Shown here: positions 57,376 through 64,000 of the stretch, piece by piece
Position numbering within the stretch: the first letter of the stretch is position 1
How the letters are laid out: the number at the start of each line of letters is the position of its first letter
From: Candidatus Latescibacterota bacterium
Lineage (GTDB): Bacteria; Latescibacterota; UBA2968; GCA-2709665
DNA: 64,000 bases
Assembly (NCBI GenBank): GCA_965208835.1
Contig: OZ242358.1
Coordinates: 4,768,001-4,832,000 of the forward strand
Direction: 5' to 3'
Notes under the pieces: generated by a model
Told to the model about the DNA's origin: nothing
Seen by the model: the letters and a program-made list of their open reading frames with translations, nothing else
Databases searched by the model: none
Made by a program: the position numbers and the translations under genes

Positions 57376-60234
57376 ATGTCTATACTTGACTCCTTCATCG
57401 CCATCGATCTCGAGACCTCCGGGCTCGAACCCCCGGGCGCCGAAATCCTGGAAATCGGCGCGGCTCGGGTGGAGAACGGCAAGATCGTCGACCGTTTCCA
57501 ATCTTACGTCAAACCCGTGGGCGACATCCCTGACGAGATCGTCCGCCTCACCGGGATAACCTTGGAAACTGTCAGCAATGCGCAGCCGATCGACGCCGTC
57601 TTCGGTCGATTCCGGAGTTTTGTGTCCGACGTGCCCCTGATCGCCCACCAGGGCCGCTTTGAATCCCGCTTTCTTGACGCCGCTGGCGATTCCCCCATTG
57701 CCAATTCGGTGCACGGCGTCCGCGAACTCGCCCGCGCAGCTCTCCCCACCCTCCACGACCATCGCGTTGAGACCCTGGCCGGACACTTCACCATACATTG
57801 CGACACGCCCCATAAAGCCCTGACCGACGCGGAAACCCTTGCGGGGATCTACCTCAAACTCGTAGAACTGCTCCGATCCGTATCGCTGCAATTGAAACAG
57901 CAGATGCTTCGATTGCTGCAGGGCTCCGGATCCGATCTGCTTCCCATTCTGGTCGAATTGGCGAGCGAAGGCGCGAGGAAGGAATTTCTGAGCTCGAAGC
58001 CGGGGGGCGGGTTACCGGACGCTCCGCTGTTCAATGCCGGAGGGGAGGCGCGTCAGATTCAGCGAGACCCTTCCGATGAGCCGCTGGACGTATCGGCGGT
58101 CTGCGACATGCTGAAGCCCGGCGGATGCTTCGAGGAGGGAATCTCCGGGTATGAATTCCGTCCCCAGCAGGTCGAAATGGCGCAGGCGGTAACCGAAGCC
58201 ATCAACAACGGGCGGCACCTGGCCGTGGAAGCCGGTACGGGCGTGGGTAAGTCGATCGCCTACCTCGCGCCGGCCATACTATATTCCGTACAAAACAACA
58301 TTCGATTCATCGTGTCGACCAACACCAAGAACCTCCAAGAGCAACTTTTCTATAAGGATCTTCCGTCGCTCGCGGCGATCCTGGACGTGCCTTTCCACTT
58401 CGCACTGCTCAAGGGTCGCAATAACTATTTGTGCCTGAACAGATGGGAATCCGCACTGGCCAATCCGGACGCAAGCTTCACGCAGAACGAACGCATCGGC
58501 GCCCTGCCCCTGGTGCTTTGGGCGGAAACAACAAAAACGGGAGACATCACCGAAAATACCGCATTCAACGCGGCGCGGCACGCCAGCCTTTGGGCCAAGA
58601 TCTGTTCCGACCCGGGCTTTTGCCGCAGCCAGCGGTGCCGCAACAACGGCCGGTGTTTTGCGAACAACATTCGGAGAACCTCCGCACGGGCGCATATGGT
58701 GGTAATCAATCATTCGTTGCTCTTCTCCGACCTCGTCACCGAAAACGCGATCCTCGGTGAGTACTCCCACCTGGTCCTGGACGAGGCGCACAACCTTGAG
58801 AAAGTCGCCGCGCACTACCTGGGCAGGGAACTCAGCATCTGGCGGGTCAGAAACATCACCGACCAGTTGTGCGGACCGGGTACGTCGGACGCGGGTACGC
58901 TGCCTGCCCTGAGACACTGGATTGCAGTTGCGGATCCCGAACCTGCAACAGTCAGAGCCTTTGACGCCGGAATCAAATCCGCGACGGCCGCGACGGAGGA
59001 CCTGTGGCTGCGTGCCAGGGCCTTTTTTGAAGACCTTACGCAGCACCTCGTGCAACAGACGGGGAGGCCGGGAAGCGCGTACAGAGAGAAGATTCGCTAT
59101 CGGCCTGGCGAATCCACCTTCGACGCCCTGACGGAATCGCTGGACCCGTTTTCGCATGCCCTGGGCGCGCTATGCAGCCGGCTCACGGACCTCTCGGACT
59201 GGCTTCGAGACCTGCCCGGGCACACGTTTGTAAACCAGGACGAGATCTGCAACGAACTTGGCGGGTGCATCGAGACCACCCAATCCGTTCTTGAAGACCT
59301 GAATGAACTCATCGCCGCCAGCGATGAAAACGCCGTCTACTGGCTGGAATTGCCCGGCCGGGAAAAAAGCGCCGACACCCGCCTCTTTTCCGCGCCACTG
59401 GATGTTTCCGAGATGTTGAACGGCGGACTGTACGAAGGCAAGTCCTCGATCGTATTCACGTCCGCCACGCTGGGCATCCGGGGCAAGCTGACCTATTTTC
59501 TCCGGCGCGCGGGCCTGGAGTCCATGCCCGGGACCCGCCTTCAGACCCTCTGCCTGGGCTCCCCTTTCGACTATCGAAAACAGGCTCTCGTGTGCGCGCC
59601 GCGCTTCATGCCGTCGCCCAAATCAGCCGAATATCAGGACGCCGTTGCCACGCTGCTGCACAAACTGGCGCTGAAGACGAAACGGGGTACTCTGGCCCTT
59701 TTCACGTCCTACGGAATGCTGAACCGTACATACGATGCCATCAAGCCCGACCTGCGCTCCAACGGCGTTCTCGTACTTGGACAGGGTATCGACGGCTCCC
59801 GAACCAATATCACCGACCGGTTCAAGCTCGAAGAATCCGCGGTGCTTCTGGGAACCGACAGCTTCTGGGAGGGCATTGACGTACCCGGCAACGCGCTCCA
59901 GGTTCTGGGGATTGTGCGTCTGCCATTCGCCGTGCCATCCGAACCACTCGTAGCGGCGCATATCGAGGAACTCGAAAAACAGGGCAAAGATCCGTTCCTG
60001 AATTATTCCGTGCCGGAGGCCATTCTGAAGTTCCGGCAGGGCTTCGGGCGACTTATCCGCAACAAGACCGACCGGGGCGCAGTCGTCGTGCTGGACAGCA
60101 GGGTGCTGAGCACCCGTTACGGACGGGCGTTTCTGGAGGCCCTGCCGGTGGGACATCATGCATTCAACACCCAGGACGAGATGATCGGCGCCATCGCCGA
60201 CTGGTTTGAAGATACAAACGGAACGAGCCATTGA
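57376..60234 (+). CDS. dinG: DinG-family helicase with N-terminal DEDDh exonuclease
   Basis: DLETSG / H.A..DA exonuclease motifs. R.QQ, EAGTG.GKS, Cys cluster, DEAHN, TSAT, FWEG.D, QGFGRLIR. Confidence 0.92.
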   Translation: MSILDSFIAIDLETSGLEPPGAEILEIGAARVENGKIVDRFQSYVKPVGDIPDEIVRLTGITLETVSNAQPIDAVFGRFRSFVSDVPLIAHQGRFESRFLDAAGDSPIANSVHGVRELARAALPTLHDHRVETLAGHFTIHCDTPHKALTDAETLAGIYLKLVELLRSVSLQLKQQMLRLLQGSGSDLLPILVELASEGARKEFLSSKPGGGLPDAPLFNAGGEARQIQRDPSDEPLDVSAVCDMLKPGGCFEEGISGYEFRPQQVEMAQAVTEAINNGRHLAVEAGTGVGKSIAYLAPAILYSVQNNIRFIVSTNTKNLQEQLFYKDLPSLAAILDVPFHFALLKGRNNYLCLNRWESALANPDASFTQNERIGALPLVLWAETTKTGDITENTAFNAARHASLWAKICSDPGFCRSQRCRNNGRCFANNIRRTSARAHMVVINHSLLFSDLVTENAILGEYSHLVLDEAHNLEKVAAHYLGRELSIWRVRNITDQLCGPGTSDAGTLPALRHWIAVADPEPATVRAFDAGIKSATAATEDLWLRARAFFEDLTQHLVQQTGRPGSAYREKIRYRPGESTFDALTESLDPFSHALGALCSRLTDLSDWLRDLPGHTFVNQDEICNELGGCIETTQSVLEDLNELIAASDENAVYWLELPGREKSADTRLFSAPLDVSEMLNGGLYEGKSSIVFTSATLGIRGKLTYFLRRAGLESMPGTRLQTLCLGSPFDYRKQALVCAPRFMPSPKSAEYQDAVATLLHKLALKTKRGTLALFTSYGMLNRTYDAIKPDLRSNGVLVLGQGIDGSRTNITDRFKLEESAVLLGTDSFWEGIDVPGNALQVLGIVRLPFAVPSEPLVAAHIEELEKQGKDPFLNYSVPEAILKFRQGFGRLIRNKTDRGAVVVLDSRVLSTRYGRAFLEALPVGHHAFNTQDEMIGAIADWFEDTNGTSH

Positions 60235-61703
60235 ATCCCCAGGGCCTGACATCCATCAAGGAGCCGCTGGCGAAGCTGCTCGCGCAGGTGCCCCAGACAA
60301 ACCATCCGCTGATCGGGCATGCGTATCACCTCGCCAACGCAAGCCACGAAGGTCAGCACCGCGACGAGGGGCAGCCGTTCATTACCCATCCTATTGCCGT
60401 GGCGCTCATCCTGGCATCCGAACTCGGCTTCGCAAGAGATACGGATATGATATCCGCCGCCCTGCTTCACGATGCCGCGGAAGACTCCGTACTGACGCCC
60501 GACGAGGACATTCTTCCCACATTCGGCGCCCGTGTTACCGAACTGGTAAAGGGCGTAACCAAAGTAGACGAACCCAGCACGCGCAGCCGATCCGCCCGCC
60601 GGTCCGCTACGCTCCAGCGTCTCTTCACCGCCGCACACCGCGATCCACGGGTACTTATTCTGAAACTGGCGGACCGGGTTCACAACATGCGCAGCATCGC
60701 GGGCATAAAGGACATCAAGCGGCAACACCGGATTGCACAGGAAACCGTCGACGTCTACGCGCCGCTCTCCCGCCTGCTGGGCATGGACCGCATCCGCAGG
60801 GAACTGGAAGACCGCAGCTTCGGATGCCTGCACCCAAGAGTCTACGAGCAGCTTGTCCACCTCATGCAGGATGGCCCGCCGCAATCCTATCTGGATTTCC
60901 AGACCGAAATACGCAATATTGTCACGCGCAACGGCGTCCGCACCCGCATCCGCCTTCAATCAAAGAGCCTGAGGAGTATCTACGGCAAGGCCGCCGGCGC
61001 CGGTTCCGGCGAGTCATCCTTCCCGGTGGAAAACGTCCACGACCGATACACCGTCATTGTCATCACCTCCAACCGTTACACCTGCTACAGAACACTGGGA
61101 TTGATCCATCACAGATTCACACCCTTAATGGATGGAATAAAGGACTTTATCGCCCTGCCCAAACGGAACGGCTATCAGGCGCTGCAGACAACGGTCATCT
61201 ACGAGGGGCAACGATTCGAAGTCGCCGTTCAGACGCCTTCCATGTACAGAATGAGTGAACTGGGGGTCGCGACCCTGCGCGGCGGGCAACTCCAGGAAGA
61301 GCGGAGGACCCGTTGGCTCCAGGAACTCGCCGAATGGCATGAACACGGCGGTTCCGGTGTTCACTTCCTGGACGAAGTCAAACGCATGCTCTTTGTCCAT
61401 GAAATGGCCGTTTTCACCCCAAACGGGGATCCAATTATCCTTCCCGAAGGCGCCACCCTCACGGATTTCGCTTTTGCCGTCCATACGGACCTCGGCCTCC
61501 ACTGTATCGGCGGGCGCATCAACGGAAGATCCGCATCGCGTTTTTCGGTTCTTAACTGGGGCGATACGATTGATATTGAAACTGCGCCCCACCATCAGAC
61601 GAAACGCAGCTGGCTGCGATACGTAAAGACCTACCGCGCCCGCCGCCTCATCCGGCGTCACATCACACGGGCCGAATCGTCGGGCGAACAAATCATCAAG
61701 TAA
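60231..61703 (+). CDS. Short RelA/SpoT homolog (HD + degenerate synthetase + TGS)
   Basis: H.GQ.R..G.PFI.HP, LLHD..ED, KLADR.HNMR, YAPL..LG, FTP.G, DFAF..HT..G. 490 aa. Confidence 0.88.
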   Translation: MNPQGLTSIKEPLAKLLAQVPQTNHPLIGHAYHLANASHEGQHRDEGQPFITHPIAVALILASELGFARDTDMISAALLHDAAEDSVLTPDEDILPTFGARVTELVKGVTKVDEPSTRSRSARRSATLQRLFTAAHRDPRVLILKLADRVHNMRSIAGIKDIKRQHRIAQETVDVYAPLSRLLGMDRIRRELEDRSFGCLHPRVYEQLVHLMQDGPPQSYLDFQTEIRNIVTRNGVRTRIRLQSKSLRSIYGKAAGAGSGESSFPVENVHDRYTVIVITSNRYTCYRTLGLIHHRFTPLMDGIKDFIALPKRNGYQALQTTVIYEGQRFEVAVQTPSMYRMSELGVATLRGGQLQEERRTRWLQELAEWHEHGGSGVHFLDEVKRMLFVHEMAVFTPNGDPIILPEGATLTDFAFAVHTDLGLHCIGGRINGRSASRFSVLNWGDTIDIETAPHHQTKRSWLRYVKTYRARRLIRRHITRAESSGEQIIK

Positions 61704-61799
61704 CCGGCAATCCGCGTCCGCGCCGGCGGCGCATGCGGGCGGTGACTCCCGCCTGCAGCATTTCATTCACGTCTTCATTGATTTTGCAGGAGTCACACT

Positions 61800-62141
61800 T
61801 TGAGAGCCCTCCTTTTCCTTTTCGCCGCCCTGTTGACCCTCGCGGCCTGCAGCCGGGACGACGAGCGCCTGAAGGCTGAAATCGCCGCACAGGAAGAAAA
61901 AATCGTCCAGGCACGGACGATCCTTCAATTCGAGCAGAAACGTAAGGCAGCGTTGCAGGACAGCCTCGAAATCAACATCCGGCAGAATATCGCCCTGAAC
62001 ATGGATTCAACCGCTGCCGCGTCGATCGAGAAAGACCGCCTTGAACTCCAGGGGACGATCGTCGAAACGGCGAAACGCAACCTGGACAGCCAGCGGGAAT
62101 TCCTGGCACACCTGAAGAAACGCCTTCAAGCGCTCAGATAA
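61800..62141 (+). CDS. Small coiled-coil lipoprotein
   Basis: AGGAG RBS, lipobox LAAC, heptad-rich body. Confidence 0.75.
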   Translation: MRALLFLFAALLTLAACSRDDERLKAEIAAQEEKIVQARTILQFEQKRKAALQDSLEINIRQNIALNMDSTAAASIEKDRLELQGTIVETAKRNLDSQREFLAHLKKRLQALR

Positions 62142-62181
62142 TCCGTAGACGGCCGGAATCGGCCTTCGAGTGAGGTGCATC

Positions 62182-64000
62182 GTGAAAATTCCGCCGAAGG
62201 AATTCACGGTTTCGAATCGATTTATCTATTATTACGCCAACTTTGTGGAACGCTTCTACGGCTATGTCCTGCGCCGGGATGGCCGCAATATTCCCGACGA
62301 GCATTACGTGGGGCGCATGAAAGAATCAGGACGGTCGTCACGTTCCCTCCCCGGCAGGAACCCACTCCATCCCGCGGTCCGACGCCGTTGGCGCGAACTG
62401 CGTCTTCCGCAATCGCCTTCGGGACGGGAAGGTCTGTCCGAAACGGCTGCCGGCGAAATCGTACTCTTTCTCTATCGTAAGCGTCTGATGCTGGGATGTT
62501 GTGCTCATCGACTCTGGGGGAACCGGATCTCCGTTGTCGCGGAAGACGGAAGGCGCCTCACCATCCGCAGGAAATCCCTGGTCTACCTTTCCGGCGTCGG
62601 CGTCAGGGACAATCGCGACTTCCTCCGAACCTACGGCGCGTCGGTACGCGCGTTGGCGAAGCACATCGACCTCGGGGAGATCTGGCACGCATTTAAAGAC
62701 GACCACTCCGTTATCGGCATCCCGGACATCGGCGCGCTTTACTGGGGCGACGACCCCGACCCCTCACGCTGGCTTGCGCTCTACATTCACCTGGATTCCG
62801 CGTGCCCTTACTTCGTACGGACCCGACTGGACGCCTGTCGTCCGCTCGAAGCGCACCAGGTAAAAAACCGAAGCAACCAGCTCGCGGGAAAGGAGAGAAT
62901 CACCCACGAACTGACGGAATTCCTTTACTGGCTTGGGAGCGACGAGGAGGTTTACGATCCGGAAACGCTTACGGGAAAGCAACGCAACTGGCTCGAACAG
63001 ATCAGGAGCTACGCGCTGTGGGGAACGGAAGCGGATGCGGGCGGGCGAACCCGGGTGATGCTCCGCAAAATGAATGACGCGAAAAGAGACCTTCAGCATT
63101 ACGCATTCGAGCTGATGGTCCGAAAACGCATCTGGCGCCCCGACGAGAATCTGGACCTCCTCCGCGCGGATCTCACACCCGATTTTCCGGCCGACGCCCT
63201 GAAAGAGGCCGACGATATCGACCTGTCGCGAACACTGAAAGGCCGTCGAAGACTCCGGCGTGCGTTTTTCTCCCTGCGCACGGGCTCCGACGACCAGCCG
63301 GAACTCGCTTTCTCACTCAGACGCCGGTGGCGGGGCGGATACGAACTCGGCATCCATGTCCCGGACATTGCCGCCTGCATACCCGCCGGGTCCGCGCTGG
63401 ACAGGACGGCTTCCGACAGGCTCGCAACGCTCAGGTTGTCCGACCTGTCACTGACCATGCTGCCGCCGCGATTCGCAGACGACATCGGCAGGTTCAGCGT
63501 GAATCATCATCGTCCCGCGCTCAGCCTGCTATGGAAGCTCGATCGAAGTCTGAATATCGGAGACCTCCGCATCGTCCGCTCGGCGATCAGGCTGCGAACC
63601 CGTCTCTCCGCCGATGAGGTCCAGGGGCTGGATGCAAAACAACAACATCCCCTTGCCGGAACCCTTCGAATCCTCAGAAACCTGGCCGATTCCCTCCGCG
63701 AACAGCGCAGACGCAACGGCGCGTCTGAGTATTTCGGCCACGCGCAGGTCAAGGCCGTGAAGGAGGGGATCGTCATCCATCGTACGGACCCGACCGACGT
63801 CACAGCCGCAATTCAGGACGAAATGGCCCTGCTGGCCGCCGTGGAAACGGGCAAGTGGTGCGTGCATCGCAATATCCCCGCTGTTTTCATTGTCCAGGAC
63901 GCGGTCGAAAACCGGCGCGAACTCGAGGAAATCCAACACCCGATCGTGCGCCGCCACGAAATCAGCCGCCGGATCCCCTACCCGGCGTACAGCGCCGAAC
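62182..64000 (+). CDS. RNase II/RNB-domain protein, catalytically degenerate, runs off window
   Basis: Frame is open from GTG 62182 (GAGGTG RBS) to the window end and is absent from the track because it has no stop. RNB pattern GIHVPDIA...GSALD..A..R...MLP...RPALS...R..RRRNGA...EMALLA. Confidence 0.8.
   Translation, partial: MKIPPKEFTVSNRFIYYYANFVERFYGYVLRRDGRNIPDEHYVGRMKESGRSSRSLPGRNPLHPAVRRRWRELRLPQSPSGREGLSETAAGEIVLFLYRKRLMLGCCAHRLWGNRISVVAEDGRRLTIRRKSLVYLSGVGVRDNRDFLRTYGASVRALAKHIDLGEIWHAFKDDHSVIGIPDIGALYWGDDPDPSRWLALYIHLDSACPYFVRTRLDACRPLEAHQVKNRSNQLAGKERITHELTEFLYWLGSDEEVYDPETLTGKQRNWLEQIRSYALWGTEADAGGRTRVMLRKMNDAKRDLQHYAFELMVRKRIWRPDENLDLLRADLTPDFPADALKEADDIDLSRTLKGRRRLRRAFFSLRTGSDDQPELAFSLRRRWRGGYELGIHVPDIAACIPAGSALDRTASDRLATLRLSDLSLTMLPPRFADDIGRFSVNHHRPALSLLWKLDRSLNIGDLRIVRSAIRLRTRLSADEVQGLDAKQQHPLAGTLRILRNLADSLREQRRRNGASEYFGHAQVKAVKEGIVIHRTDPTDVTAAIQDEMALLAAVETGKWCVHRNIPAVFIVQDAVENRRELEEIQHPIVRRHEISRRIPYPAYSAE

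Overview
High-GC bacterial chromosomal segment made mostly of housekeeping genes. It contains no transposase, integrase, CRISPR array or rRNA. The exbB-exbD-exbD-tonB-TPR layout suggests an FCB-group lineage such as Latescibacterota or Gemmatimonadota (inference only). The core is a ~19.5 kb co-directional aromatic amino-acid gene run: trpE-G-D-C-F, tyrS, a DRE-TIM aldolase-like gene, trpB-A, chorismate mutase, DAHP synthase, tyrA, an aroA-like gene, aroE, ubiE, argS, aroK and aroB. It is headed by a sigma70 promoter and a complete ribosome-dependent attenuator missed by the ORF track, whose 35-aa leader peptide has a mixed Trp/Tyr/Phe control tract (WRGYFYRSYRLYYR). Three intact ORFs look catalytically degenerate: the AroA homolog, an RNase II (RNB) homolog, and the synthetase domain of a short RelA/SpoT protein. 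A PhyH-type Fe/2OG enzyme has a halogenase-like HxG iron motif. Two IS5-like MITE families are dispersed through the window and often sit at stop codons or ribosome-binding sites; one copy rewrote the trpF C-terminus. Also present are tRNA-Thr(UGU), mnmA, comM/yifB, fabV, guaB, cysS, ddl, ispDF, queA and dinG. All calls come from reading the sequence; no database searches were run.
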